From assembly GCA_004431415.1 (NCBI GenBank), contig QPMI01000160.1, positions 62,001-126,000 on the forward strand: DNA of 64,000 nt, written 5' to 3'. Positions 29,701 to 43,470 of this stretch are shown here, piece after piece; position 1 is the stretch's first letter; the number at the start of each line of letters is the position of its first letter. Both the position numbers and the translations under genes were made by a program. The notes beneath the pieces are model-generated. The model was not told where the DNA came from, ran no database searches, and saw only the letters and a program-made list of their open reading frames with translations. This DNA is from Cyanophora paradoxa CCMP329. Lineage: Eukaryota > Plantae > Glaucophyta.

Positions 29701-32560
29701 AACTGAGCGATGGTCCCACCCTCGCATTCGGCGCGATCGTCCCGTGGCACCTTCCCCTCCGGACTGCCGTGGCGGATCCCACCATAAGATCCGGATCCGG
29801 AGCGCTTGCGGCACATATAAACGCGCTCAACGCACCAGCGCTCGCACTCGCCGGTGCCAGACGATCGTGCGACAGTGCCGGGGGCGCAAGGAAGGCAGCC
29901 TGTGCTGTTTGCATCTAGCTTCGACCTGTAGAAGCCCTGCGAAAAATCAAATCAAACCGGAAGTCCGGCAGGTAGCGTAATGCAAGGGACGAACGAGGGG
30001 GCAAGGCTCGCAGACTCGGCGGTTCAAGGATGCCGTGTACCCCGGCTCACAAGGGCTGCACTTGAACGCAGTGCCCGGGTCGGGCGCAATGCTGTTCTCT
30101 GGGCACTGCGCGCGCATCCGGGCCCATATATGCATCCATTTCAAGGTCAGATCGAGCAGCGACAACGGCACGACACGAGGCGACGGGCCGGGTCGCGGGG
30201 GCGGGACGCACGCGAACGCAGGTCTGCGTCCCCTCTGGCATGAAGGTGCCTGCGGCGCACTGGATGCATTCGAGGGCGTCCTCAGACGCTAAGGACCCCG
30301 GGTCGCAGCGGCGACACGCCGCGGAGCCTTCTGGTGCCCAGGTCCCCCGCCTGCACGTGAGGCACGCGCTGGCGTTCGCGGGGCGCGCCGTGCCCCTTGG
30401 GCACGGGGAGCACGACTGGCTGTCGACGGCCGCCTCGTAGCCCTCCGGGCACGGCTCGCACTGGGCCCGCCCCGGCACCGACGCGATGGTGTTCGAAGGG
30501 CACGCGACGCACTGGTCTTCCAGCTGGAAGCTCCCGGCGCGGCAGTCGACGCAATCCGAGCGAATCGCCGAGGGGACCTTCCCGGTGCCGCACACCTCGT
30601 AGGCCGAAGCGCCCTGCTGGGCCACCGCGCGGGTCGGGACGAGCGTGCATTGGAACATGGTCTCAGAGCGGTAGGTCCCGAAGGGACAAGGGATGCACGA
30701 CTGCTGGTCGGCTGATGAGACGTGGCCTGGGCTGCACGGAATGCACGCGGGCGTTCCGGCCAGCGGCGCGATAAAGTTCAGCGGGCACGGGAAGCAACCG
30801 TCCCCGAGTTGGTAAAAGCCTTCGATATGAAATAAACGATCAGGCACAGCAAGAGCGGTGGCCGATGTTTAACTTGTCTCGCGCACCGCCGGGGCAAGCC
30901 GTGCACGTCGCCTTCGTTCCGTCTGGAACGTAGCCTGGCTCGCAAATCGAGAAATTCGCGGATCCAACCAACGCGACGGCTCGCCCGGGCACTCGCTCGC
31001 AAGCTTCCATCGCTCCGCGCCGGTACGTGCCTGGCAAATCCGGAGCCGAAGTGGAGCGGATTCGGAGCCCGAACGGAGACGATAGAAGGATTAATATTGT
31101 TTAAATTTGGCCCCACACACCTGCGGGGCAGTCGAAGCACAGTCGCTGGTCCGCCGACGCATACTGGCCGTCGGGACACGCGGTGCAGTTCGAGGACCCT
31201 TCGAAGGGCGCGATCGAGTTCTGCTTGCAGGGAACACATTCGCCTGGCCGCTCATACTCCGCCGTGCCGCCTCGGCACGGCTGACACGCCTGGCGATCAT
31301 GGGGGCGTCAGGCGCCGAAAATACAAAAGCGTCGGGAGATAGGAAAAGATCTAGAAGACCTTCCGGTCAGTTGTAGACACGGAGCCCGGGCCGCATTGAA
31401 CGCATCCCCGGCCGTCGGGAGACGCGAAATCTGCACGTGCATGCATCGTCAAACGCGGACGCAGAACGCAAAAGTACACAGGGTTCAAGGGCGCGCCTTG
31501 CTCGCACTGGACACAAAACGATTCGTTGGCAGGCGCTCCAAATCCCGGCCTGCAGAAAGTGCAGCCGTCTTGCTTGTCTGTCGGGATTTGACCCTGAACC
31601 CCCCCGTACAGGTCAGCAAAGCCTTTGAGCCATGGCTAGCGCTAGCGGGCACGTTTTACATACCAGCGGACATCGGAGGCAGTCGCCAAAGTGGCCTTTG
31701 TCGGACCAGGTCCCCGGGGAACACGGCTCGCACGGTCTGAGTCTGTCGGGCTGGTGCCATCCAGCCTCACTTCATGGGTGCAAATGTGAGCTACAAGAGA
31801 TGCAGCACAATAGAATGATTAGATGTTTACCACTGCGCGCAATTAGAGAGGTCCGGCGTTGGATACGACCCGTCTGGACCTGTATAGCGCACAGGAACGT
31901 TGAGCATTGGCTCGCTTCGCGCGTGCGAACTTCGAAATTGAACTGAAATTAAAGGCGACGCACAGCTCGAGCAGGCGTCGACCGCCCCGCCCATGCTGTA
32001 CTGATTCGGCGGACACGAGGCGCAGGCGAAGAGTGGTTCTCTTTGCAGGAACGTGCCCGTGGGGCACGGAACACACTGGAATGTCCACTTTGCCTGGTAC
32101 CGGCATTCGAAATCGAGCGGTTACGTGATATTAAGTGTCGCTTCAATTAGAGAGAGAGAAAGTGGGGGGGCGCTTCCAGGATCGCAACATACCGACGGTG
32201 TGAACAGGTTCGCAGGGCAGGGGCTACAGGGGTCGCCTGGGTTCATGGAGTACGTGTTCTGGGGGCAATCTGAGCGGCGAGAAAGCGTCTGAGCACGACC
32301 GCCGACGTCCATCGATGATGACGAGGAGGCGATCGCGATAACGGCCTAGCTATAGCAGCGGCACCGTAGCAGGAGGATGATCCGTTGCCCGAGTAGGTTC
32401 CGGCCTCGCACGCGGTGCACTGCGTAGCGCCCGGTCCACTGAACGTTCCTTCCGGGCACCTGCGAGTCGCGGCCCGGCCCGCGGTCAGCACGCACACGTT
32501 CATGCGGTGAGCTGCGGCACAAAAGACGCACAGTGGTGCGTCCTCGTCCAACAGAAGCCC
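26786..32560 (-). CDS. Multi-exon host membrane protein with Cys-rich GCC2/GCC3 (ephrin-receptor-like) repeats; boundaries approximate
   Basis: Many CxxCPxGT/Y units (e.g. 30047-30847, CPEGTFSGPGATQCTACEAGTYS). Hydrophobic segments near 28390-28440 and 27830-27900. GT..AG introns. Confidence 0.75.
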
Positions 32561-32759
32561 CTCCAGTGGGGAGTACCGCCCTGCGCGCGGCAGAGTTCAT
32601 CGCCAAATCAAACCGCTGTTGCTTATATTACTTGAAGGGCTGGACCTGGGGCCAAGTCGATGCACAGGTCGCTGATTGCCGCGGAGCGGTTGAAAATCGC
32701 CGCCTGCGATCGCGAAGATCTCGGTGAATAAACAAGAGTATTGAAGCTGCAGGGCCCCG

Positions 32760-35700
32760 TAGCTAGCTATTGATTTAGCTAGCCGCGCGGCTGCATTTGC
32801 ACTTGCCTCCCAGTTCCACCGCTTCCCAGCAGGGCAATGCGCGTGAAGCTTGATCACGTAGGCCGGATCGGAGACAACGAACACCACCTGCGCAGCTCTG
32901 TTATCAGGCAGCCGAGTACACTTCTGAATCAGATGGACAGCGGAAAATTCTCCGTGATTACCCACGGAAGCTCCACAAACGGAATTCGACCACTCGAGTC
33001 GCCCTCGAACATGCGACCGCTCGAGTAGTCGTCCACAGCGAATGCAGACAGAACGTTTGCCTGTATCGTTTCGCTCGCAATCAGCGACTTGGACCGAAGA
33101 ATTTGAAGAGAAGGTGCTGTCCATTGCGCACCGGAAAGTTTTCGGTAACCATCGACATTTGGACGTTGGCAGCGCTGAAATTGCCCTCGAAATCGACGTT
33201 CTGCAGGCGCAGGAGCCGCGCGCTGCGGGCCCGCTCTTTGTCCCGCTTCATACGGCGGCTGGGCACGTAGCCCGGCCGCGTCTCGCGGGCCGAAGCGAAC
33301 GTGAAGGCTCGCGTGTTCGCCTGCGTGTGCACTTCCTGGACGACGCTGCGCGGCCCGGTCGATCGCGGTCGGTCAGACGCGGGAGGCCGCGATCAGGCGC
33401 GGCGAACGCGCACTACAGGGTGCCGTCCTTGTACACCGCCGCGGCCACCGAGGTCCACTCGCGGCGCGTGCCGCGCCAGGCGGCGGTCTTGTATATCTGG
33501 ACGGTGCCGTCGATCGCAGAGGCCACGCTGGCCATGCCGCTCTGGTACGCGGTCATCTTCCGGACCCGCGTGACGCGGTCGCCCGTGACCCAGAAGCTGT
33601 ACTTGCAATTGGGGGGGTCGATCCAGCGCCCTTCGAGGTACCCGTGGCCGTAACCGGCGTGCAGGGGGCGTTCGTTTTGGACCTGCGTGCGGAACGCTCA
33701 GTACTAGTTTCGGACTCGCTATCAAACAAGGCGATCCCACGCACGATCCAATGATCGGACAGGTCGAGCAGCTCAGAGCGGAGGATCCGCGGCGCCGTGT
33801 GCGAGAAGACCGCTGTGCGGTAGGTCGCCGGCGCGGGGAAGGACACATCGAAGCTCCGCACGCCAACTGGCGAATCGGCAAAGCGCGCGGGATCGACTTC
33901 CCACGTGAACATTGCAATCACGTGCGCCACTTTTCGGACGCCGCAAATTCCCGACAGAAGCGGCACGGAGCACGGCCCGGCCGCAGTGGAGTTCGGGAAG
34001 AAAGGGACACTGAGCGACGTCATCAATCGCGATCGCGAGGGGCGGGCGCGGCGTCGGCTGGCATTTCGTGGCGCACCGAACAACGGCGTGGTGGAGGAGG
34101 GGGCCCCCTTCGGCCACGCGCCCGTCCACGTGCATCGCCTGCACGGACGCGCCCGGCGGGAACGCGTCCGCAAAGAAGGCGCCATCCTTGTGCGGCCATC
34201 TGCGCACGCCAGCCGAGCCAAATGATACACGGAATGAGCTCGAGCTCGAGCTCGAGCGACCTCGCCATATACTAAAATAACATATGAGTAAGGATGATGC
34301 GCACGGAACGCTTGTGAACACAGTCCTCGCGGATGCGGTGTACCCCTGGGGCGCGATCGACGCCAAGTCGAACTTCAGAAGCGCAACTCCCAGTGGCAGC
34401 GAGCAGATCTGGTCGCGAGCGCATGCCATCGATTTAGGAAGTCGTGGGTCGCAACTGGGACCACGCACTTTGAGAACTGGCACAACAGAAGGCCCGCTGT
34501 TCTCACTGAGGGCGGCGAAGGAAGCAAAGAAAGCGACCCCCCGCTGCCAGAACTGGAAGAGCTGTGCAGATGCCGTCATGAGTCGCATTCCACAATTTAA
34601 GAGAAGCTTAAGGTAGGATAAATATAGAGCGCCCTAACCCGGAGCTCCTGGAGCAGAAGCGCGTCGAAGGTGGCCAGTTCGGGGTACGCCCGCCGGAAAT
34701 CGGCGGCGGTCTCGTTTCCCTCGAACGTCCGGTCGCTGGGTTCGGCGTCGTAGAAATCCAGGCAGTTCGTGGCCCCTGCATGGAATAAGTCAGACTTCGG
34801 GAAAGGCGGCGTGGAGCGATCATGAGCTGAGGTTGCACCGTAGAAGAAGTGGCCCCCGAGGGCGACCGACGAGCCCGGGCCGGCACCGGTGCCGGGGCTC
34901 GGGTCGGACCACTCGAAGCCCACCAGCTCGGGCTGGATCCGGAAGTGTCGGGAGCGGTGCACCGCTAGATCCGCGTTGCTTCCCTTCGGCTGCGCATCCG
35001 CGATCCTTAGGTCGGGCTGCGGATCACGAGGCTTTGAATTCGTTCGGAAATTACGCACCGATATCGCAAACATGTTGAAGGATCCGAGAAGTCCGGCCCA
35101 GTTGAATCTGCGCGGCCGACTATCGGTACAAACCTAGCGCGCCGCGCGCCACGCAACGTGGACTGCGCACTCTTCAGCCGGGCTGGCGGAGGAAAGGCCG
35201 GAAACCTGAGGAGCGAAGTTACTTGAGCTTTCCCTTTCGCAGAAGAACTTCTGTCCGAATCGACTTACGGCCTCGTAGAAACTTCGCTCGTAGGTCGCGA
35301 AGAAGTGGCGGAAATCATGGTCCCACGACGCGGCGCGGGCCATAAAATCGTACGGTCTTGCGCTTGCGCACAGGGCCTCCGGCCAGCTCTTTATCGGACC
35401 GTACGGGACAGGTGCGCAGCGGCTGTACGCGTAGGCCGCCCAGCGCTGCGAAGCGTACGTGTAGCAGCCGAAGCCGAAGCAGTCGGATGGGGGGCGCAAA
35501 ACATCCGCGACGACGGGGCCGACGAGGTCCCTCGCCCTTTCGAACGCATGGGAAGTCCACGGCCAATCCGCCTGCAGATTCAAATCATAAGGAAATACAT
35601 CAAATAAAGTAGGCGCAGAGATGGCGATCGCGATCGGTTGCCGCGCCTGGAAAGCGGTGATATTTGATGGGACGAAGCGGGCGTCGCAGTCCTTCGGCGA

Positions 35701-36800
35701 CCACTGCGGACCGGAGCGCGCGGGGCGAGTTTCAAGTCAAATTACGAACAGAACTGTCAACACGACGCGAAAGCCTGCCGCTCGCCGGAGTCATAGAAGA
35801 GTAAGCGAACTCAGTGGGCTTCGATTCTCCGAGCAGCTGGGCGCGCGTCTTGTCAAGCAAACGCCTAAAAACATTTGTGAAACTTAGTGCGAGCTCACGT
35901 CCGTAAGCCGCAGGACGGCGGAGCAGCGGTTGCTGTCGAGATCGAAGTCGCAATAGAGGAAGTCGTCCTTCCTCCGCGAGATGAAACCGATGCGATGTGA
36001 GGCGGGGCGCCGCCCCAAGAGGTAGTTGGCCAGAGGTACAGCGAAGACAATCACGTCGCTCTCCTCGGATGCAACTGTGTTGCCTGCGGGGGCGTTAGAA
36101 ACCTGCGCAGCGCCAGCGCGGCAGGGCATGCGACTCGGGTGCACCAACGCGGAGAAACGTGTTGCTCGCGCCCGTGTTGCCCGAAGGCATGAGCGCGCTT
36201 TGCGCTGCAATCGAATTTCCCTGCGCACAGTCAGAGAGTGCTCGGACGGCGTTGTTCGGACGGATCGTGTACCGCAGGGACAGTCACGTCTACAGGGTCC
36301 GACAGAGGGGATGTGAAGTCCCCGCTAGAGCGCGCCGCGACGGAGCAGGACACGTTGTACGGTCCGGCGTACGACATCATGACCTCTGCAGACACGACCG
36401 CGCCCGCCGCGTCTTCGGGCAGCACGGATGCGGAGCCCTTGTAGCCCTCCGGGGGCGCGCCGGGCCCGTGGAAGACGATGTCGAGCGCGGCAATCGCGAA
36501 GCCGTCGGCGAAGCTCGCCGTAATGGAGACGATCGTAGGGTCCATCGCGACCGCAGAGAGGACGAGCGGGGTGGGCACGTCGACGCAAAGGAACCCGTCC
36601 TCCCGGAACCGATTCGCGACGGTCACGTCCCCCACGGGAACGATCCCGGGCACCTCGCCCGAACTGCTAGGCTGCGTCCCGCCCACCTGCAATGCACACG
36701 TGTGAGCGCGTGAGCGAGCTCGATGTCCGGCGGCGCAATGCATCTTGTAATTAGGACTGTAAACAGGAAGACCGAACCATGCATCCTGTAAAAAGGAACT
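32760..36800 (-). CDS. Multi-exon host coding region of unknown function, possibly the middle of the same giant surface protein
   Basis: Protein-like minus-strand exons (e.g. 36231-36690 beta-rich, 35134-35583, 34620-35070) separated by short GT..AG introns. Confidence 0.45.
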
Positions 36801-36849
36801 CCGCAAGCATCGAATAGCGATTTGGCCAGAGAAAGCGGGCGCTCGACCT

Positions 36850-39800
36850 CGCGTACGAGAGCCGAACTTCAGCGTCCGTTAGCTCCTTGACGTGCAGTCG
36901 GAATGCTGGGACCGTCGGACAATCGGTAAGCACAACGAAACTCATCGTCGCGCGACATCCATGAAAATACCTCCGATGGTCGTGTCCAGCATGCGCGGAG
37001 CGGAAACCTGTCGGGATACGATTAATTCAAACGCGAAATGCGCCATAAATTACACTGTTTCCCGCAGATCAATCTGCGGTTTCAACATTGCGACAAGGTT
37101 GTGAAAACTCACCACGGAAGAATGCCCGATATACGATCGGGACCTTATAGGAGAGAAGAAATACAGAATCGATCCCGAGGCGACGAGGAGCCCGTTCTTG
37201 TGGGCATGTACGGGGCACCGCCCTGGTCCTGCGGATTCTGGATTTCCAAAGGTGATGACCAGGTGCGTCCAACGCTGGAGGGGCACTCGCGAGGCCGGCG
37301 GCAAGAGCCAGGATGCCTGAAGGTTCCCGTTGTAACGGGACTCGAACTTCATCACAAACACATCGTCTCCCAGGCCCTGGCAGCCGCATTCCGCGAGTTG
37401 GCATGGGCAACTGAGCAAGGCCTGCGAAAACGTGACACGCAGACGTCGCTAGTGAGCTCGAGTGCACACCCGGAGTACGCATTTGCATGGCGCGTCGAGA
37501 TCGATTGATATTTATTTAATTTGTTTATTTCATGGCCGACCTGAGAATCTCCGGTTGCGGGGTCTGCGAGTTCGACCAAACGACTCGAGAAAGGAGGCAT
37601 GGCGTTGGGGTGAATCCAGAACTGCGGGTCGGCAGGAGGTTGCGATGTTATTCCTGCGAAACTGAGTTCGCCAGCGTTAACGCAGCGGGCGCACTTCGAA
37701 AGAGCTCGGGACGCCAAAGAGTTTCGATTCCTTTGCGAAGAAGTCACTCATGTCGATGTAACTCTCAGTGTCCATTGTTCCGATGCGCGCCCCTGATTGC
37801 AAGAGAAGTCAGTTAGCACTAAGGGCACACGGCGGCGGGCGGAGTAGATCACCAGCTTTTGGGGGGGGGCATGCCATACTGATGTCTCCGACGAGTGTGC
37901 CCGCGCGGCCCCAGCCGCTCGAGTCGGGCACGTCCTTGCCCTGATGGCTCCCTCCGATCTGGCCAGGGGCGGGAATCAGCATGCGAGGCGAGATCGAGCG
38001 CTAGCGAGCGCATTGACGGTTCGCGCTCAGCCGCACACTCACCGTGGCCCCACAGCTATCCAGTTTGTAGTGCAGCTCGACAGGTGCATCGGGCTTCTGA
38101 CCCGCAAACGCCTCGCCCACTTGCGCGTCCGTGAGGGCCGCAGAGTATATCCGGAACCCTACCGAGGACAAATTTATCAATGAAGCACGATTGAGTCAAG
38201 CATCGCGACCATGCATATGACCAGAAACGCAGATGCGAGCACCGGCATAATAGATGTCCGATGGGATCTCTGGAACAATGTAGGAGTGGCCAATGAACTG
38301 AGAATGCCTTGATAGCTTCGGCACAGTCGGGGTGCCGCCAACTTTCGAAGTGGTCGTCCGCGTCCCGTTTCGATACATGCGCACTTCGGTGTCGTCGAAA
38401 ACAATGCAGATGTGGTGCCACAATCCGTCCTTGGGAATGGAGCTCTCGTCCCGGAGCCCTACCGCCTCGTAATTAACACCGTTGCTGTCAATCCCGACCA
38501 CAATGGCCAGCCCTGTTGTCGTACTCTGCGTCTGAGCAGACGCAAACGTAAGCTCGAAGGGATACCGTATCTAAAAAACTATTCAAAGACGGCGTACATG
38601 GCAGGGATTTCCCGGCCTGTCTTTAGCTCCGCACCATGCAATAACCTGGGTTTCAAACAATAAATGGATGCCTCCAGCTCTCGCGATCAATAAATTAAAG
38701 AACTGAATCGCACAATCCGTTCGCATGATATGCCACATGAAAAATCTGCGCCGGACAGATCGCTGCATGAGAGACCTTAATGCTTGCTTGGAGGGTCGAT
38801 TTCCCGCAAAATGAAATGTTTCAGAAGTACCAATAATGCGTTCATATGCTGAAAGCGTAACGGAAGCCTGGCTGGGTACTTTCACCCTGCACTCGCTCTT
38901 TCAGAGCGGGCCTCGAAAAGGAGAGGAGCTCGCCTAACGTTTACCATAGCTCAACCGTGAACGGAGTCCCAAGCTCAAACGCGGGGGCACTGATATAACG
39001 ACTGTTTGTGGTGGCAGAGCCCGCGCTAATATCCACAGTGCCGAAGTATGCGCCTTATCGCGGGGAAAGGGTCAGGCTTAGAGGTGCGACCGGGCGTGAT
39101 CAGGATATCCATCAGGCGGGCACCGGCGGCCGGAGCTGGGCAAGCGAGCGAGGGGGCCAGGTCTCCGAACATGGTGCCCGATCGCCCCTTACCCGAGTAA
39201 TCGAACAACTGCAAACCTCTTAGCGTTACACGATCAAAGGAAAGGACTGAACATTGGAATTTCCGGGCACCGTGCCGCCACAGTCAGCGAACGTGTAGTG
39301 TAGCTCCATCGGGGGCTGGTCCCGGGGCACCACTCGGCCGTGCGCGACCTGCACGACCTGGTCCGCCTGCAGCGCGGCCGAGTACACCCGAAAGTCTGCG
39401 GCTCGCGCGTACGGCCGCGCGCACGCATGGTCAGTCCGAAGGTCAAAATGTTAAGCATTGTCCGCAATTCCCGAGTTTCCGCCGTTTCACAAATCACAGC
39501 GCACCCGCTAACTCGAGGCCGGACAAGCTGGTCCCGGACCACCACCCGTGGCCAATGTAGTGCGCCGATCTGGCGACCTTCGGAAGGCTTCCCGATCCCG
39601 CTGCAAGGGCAACGCAGGGGTAAGGGGCGCCGTCTCGGTAGGCGCAGAGTTGGTCCGCCGTGAGAACGAGCGCGACGTGGTGCCATGAGCCGTTCACGGG
39701 AAAGGCGGCGTCCCCCAGAAACAGCTTCATCCTCAGCTTTCGCTGCGTTGCATCGTACGTTTCAATGAAGAGCGACTCGGCACCGGCTCCTGTCCATTGC

Positions 39801-42800
39801 TGCACAGGGCGGAGATTCGCATCGAGGCCTCGCAAGAAAGCGCTTACTATTGCATTAATATTCCTTAGATAGACGCACCTCGCAGTCTGTGCAGAACCCG
39901 ACAACCTACCGCAGCGCGTCATGATCAACGTTGGCGTCAGGGCAAGAGACGCGCGGCCGTGTCGGCTTCGGCGCACGATGTTGTGCGAAGGGCTTCCGCT
40001 GCCGAAGTCGAAGAGGATCGGCAGGCCGCTGTGGCTCGTCTGGGCGGCCTCCAGGCGGAGCCTGCGCGCGCACAGCAAATGTCGCGAATCCGATAACAGG
40101 CCCGAGGCGGCGCGCGTTTTCCGTCGAACCAGAACGCGAAGGTCAGAGGCGTCCCCAGCTCAAACGAGCCGATGGAACCGATCTTGAGAAGGCGCTCGGA
40201 CTGCTGGGCTATCCGGTTCGGAAGGGTGGCAGTTCCGAATACAAGCGCTGTCGGGACATTAACCGTTCGAGCTTGCACAAGTCTTCGAAGAGCGCTCAGG
40301 AGGACGGTCTCTTTGAGCTTTTGGAAAGGGCGACACCAGAGAGGGCGGCATCTAGAAATGAAATGAAAGGCACTGGCAGATTGGCGCACATGACGTCGGA
40401 ATTTTTAGCGATTGAGGGATGCACTCCCCTCCGCGCGAAAGCTGTTCGACGTCTCCGAAAAAGCTGTCGACCCGGATCCTCTGTTTTCCAGATAGGTCGC
40501 CCATCTGTTTCATTGTCATGATCAGCGCGCAAGCTTCATCAAGAGCACTGCATTCTGACCGTGCGGTTGCAACCGTCAAAGGCGGCGCGGACTTCGAGTG
40601 GCGTGCTGGCGACACCGTGCCTAAACACTTCCACCGCCTGCTCATTGGAAAGGGCGGCGCTGTACACCTGAAAGTCTGCGCAGGAATGCGCATATATATG
40701 ACATCGAAGCAGCTCGCGATCACAAGCGTCTTCGGAGCGGGAGCATCCGCACCGGCGAGGTAGACGTCGGACATGCCCTGCTCGCCCCGAACGCCCCTTG
40801 AAATGTAGTGCGCGTCTCGCACGATCCGAGCAAGGGGTGCGGCCCCGCCCGCTAGGCCCGTGCCCGTCTTCGAGTGCGGCCGAACGGCGCCATCTCTAGG
40901 GAGGAGAAAGACGTGAGTAAGAAAGTAGAGTTCGATATTGGAAGCCCGAGCGCACAGGTAGGTCAAGTTCTCAGTCGCAGAGAAGACAAGGGTAACGTGC
41001 GAGTACTGTTCGATCTGGAGTTTGCTTCAAGTAAGGTAATGCGAATTTTTACGAATTATTTGCTGATCATGACTGCTTATATAGTTATAAGAGAGCGCAA
41101 TCGACAGCGAGCTCGCAAGGTATATCCGCTCCTGAAACAAAATCATTCACCGGCAGGCTGTTGGCACCCCCAAAGGCTTCGAAGCTTGTGACCGCTGTCC
41201 CGCCATCATACGCTACAACAACGAGGCTCATCTTGCCCGCGGAGGCCTGCCGGTCCATTAGCCAACGAGTGCGCTTGCCGCTTTGATGCCAATCGAATGG
41301 CGAACCGAGCCCGTGATCTGCGAGTTCGTGGTCGGATCGGAAACAACCGCCCCCGGTGGAAGAAATCCGACGGCGATTTTGCTCTGGTCGGCCTCGCTCC
41401 CAAATTCGAAGATGCGCCTGTCCACCGAAAGAACGTCAGATCTCGATGCCTTTGCAGTGGACAAAGTAGAAGGAAAGACTGACGCCCAGACTGCTTGTTG
41501 TTTGCGCGGTTTGATCCAGAAGCTGACTGTAAACGAGACGGCGCGCCGAGCACAAACAGGGTGAGAAGACGAGATTCGAGAAGTTGAACGGATTCACAAA
41601 GAGTGAAGAGAAGAGCCTGTACATACCCGAAAAGGGGGTGCCCAGAATAAACGGGGTGATGGAGACGTAATCACTCCACCCGTTTCCCCAGAAAAACAAT
41701 GACGATTCTGCGGAAGGCATCACAGTGAGTCACGGGGCCTTTGGGGCGGCGGAACGTCGACGAATAAAAGCAGGGGGCACGGCGCACGCGGCACGGCGGG
41801 GGGGCAGGTTTGCGGCAGCGAGGTATCGCCGTACAGGGTCGCGTGGCGCCTGTACCCGCTCGCGTCCAGTGCCTACAAAATGAGAGGATAGTGTCCGGTG
41901 TTTAATTTCGAGGGATAAATGCTCAAAGCTTAAGCAGAACGCAGCCGCGGACCAATGGGGCACAGCCATCGAACAAGAGCCGCTGTTCGAGCGGCGCAGC
42001 AGGCAAGCCGCCCGCGTACACTTCGGACACTTGCGCCTCCGACAGCGCGGAAGAATAGATCCTCCAGTCTGTAGAGAGCTTAATGAGGAAAGGGGGGGGC
42101 AGGGAGGGGGGCAGGGGGAATGCGAAAGGCTAGGGGGAGAAGGGGCTACCCGAGAAACCAATCTCAGTGGAGCCCCGAGTTCCGAACCGTCCGTGGCCAA
42201 GCCAGTGCTTTGCGCGTTGCAGCTTGGGGAACGCGGAGGCGGCGAGGGAATCTGAAACGGGCGTCGTCTCCACTCCGTCCAAATATGCCACGACGAGGGT
42301 ATCCGTCAATGTAATCGCAACATGGTGCCAGGTGCCAAACGGAATTCCCTCGGCGCCTTTTGATTATTAACAAAGCAAGCATCGCGATTAATTAACGCCT
42401 ACGTGACGACGCCAATATAAATGCGGGAATACTAATTGACGGACCCTGGAAAAGCCTGCGCGAGACCTTGAGCGACCCGTCGACGTAAAGGTCGAGAAGG
42501 AGGCCTGCCTTGCCCGGGTCCGCCTGTGCGCGAACGTGAAAGAAGGGGGTTAACGTTGTTTGTGATCAAGCATGCGGATTGTGCATTCACAGTCATCGAC
42601 TCGGCGATCGCGAGCCCTAGCTTGGCGAGAGCCGGACGGGCGCACCGTGCAGCGCTCCGTAGCGGAATGTCCTGTGCCGTCCGGGCAGTGCATGATCAAG
42701 AAGGCGTCATCTGTTTTGGAAGGGTCAACAAAAAATGCTTCGGTCAGTCTTTTGGATTAATTCAAGCATCTGACCTGCTCCTGGTATCCCCGAGCTGAAC

Positions 42801-43470
42801 TCAACAATCCGTACAAAAGCGGATCCGGATTGCGGACTCTGAATTAACATCCTGATTGCAGGGCCCGTCGAAGTCAGACGCATGCTTCGACCCGTCGACG
42901 TCAAGCTCGAGTCGAGGCGTGCTCAAGTCTAGCAGGGGAAGGGAGCAAGGGATGGGGGTGGGGTGTGTGTGTGAGTTGGGGGGAAGTGAGTTGGGGAAGA
43001 GGGGTGGGGGTGGGGGTGGTGTGTGTGTGTAAGTTGGGGGGGAGGGGGGGGGGGGGGGGAAGGTGGGAGCGCGGGGAGCGGGGAGGAAGCGGGGGGAAAA
43101 GGGAAGACAAAGGCAACGGGCATGCATATGGGGAAGGGAGGGGGAGGGGGGGGGGAAGGGGGAAGGGGGAAGGGGGAAGGGGGGCAAGGGGAGGAAGATG
43201 GGCGTCCTTGCACCAGAAAGTGACCGTGAACGGCGTGCCGAGCTGGAAAGGGGTCAATTCTACTCGATCGTTCAAGCCTCCGGTAGGGCCGATCCATAAT
43301 CCCGTATCAGGCCGAGTGCCTGCCGCGTCTGCCGCGGCCGGCAGGTACTTCATTAAGTGCGATCGCGAAGCACACACAGATCTAAACTTAATGAGCTGCA
43401 TGCGCACCCGCAAACGTGCCGGGTCTTGCGAGGAAAGCGAGCATGAGGGCCAGCCCGATTGCAGCGATGC
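36850..43470 (-). CDS. Multi-exon host protein with tandem LamG/concanavalin-A-like domains; boundaries approximate
   Basis: Repeated motifs FQLGTPFTVTFW, FELGTPLTFAFW, GSWHHVALVL...YRDG, GLWHHICIVF...YRNG, WTHLVITF, and Y/F-IGHS/G. Signal-peptide-like stretch near 43410-43470. Confidence 0.72.

Noticed and set aside
42940-43200. Pro/Gly-rich ORFs
   Set aside because: Low-complexity G-run tract, probably intronic.
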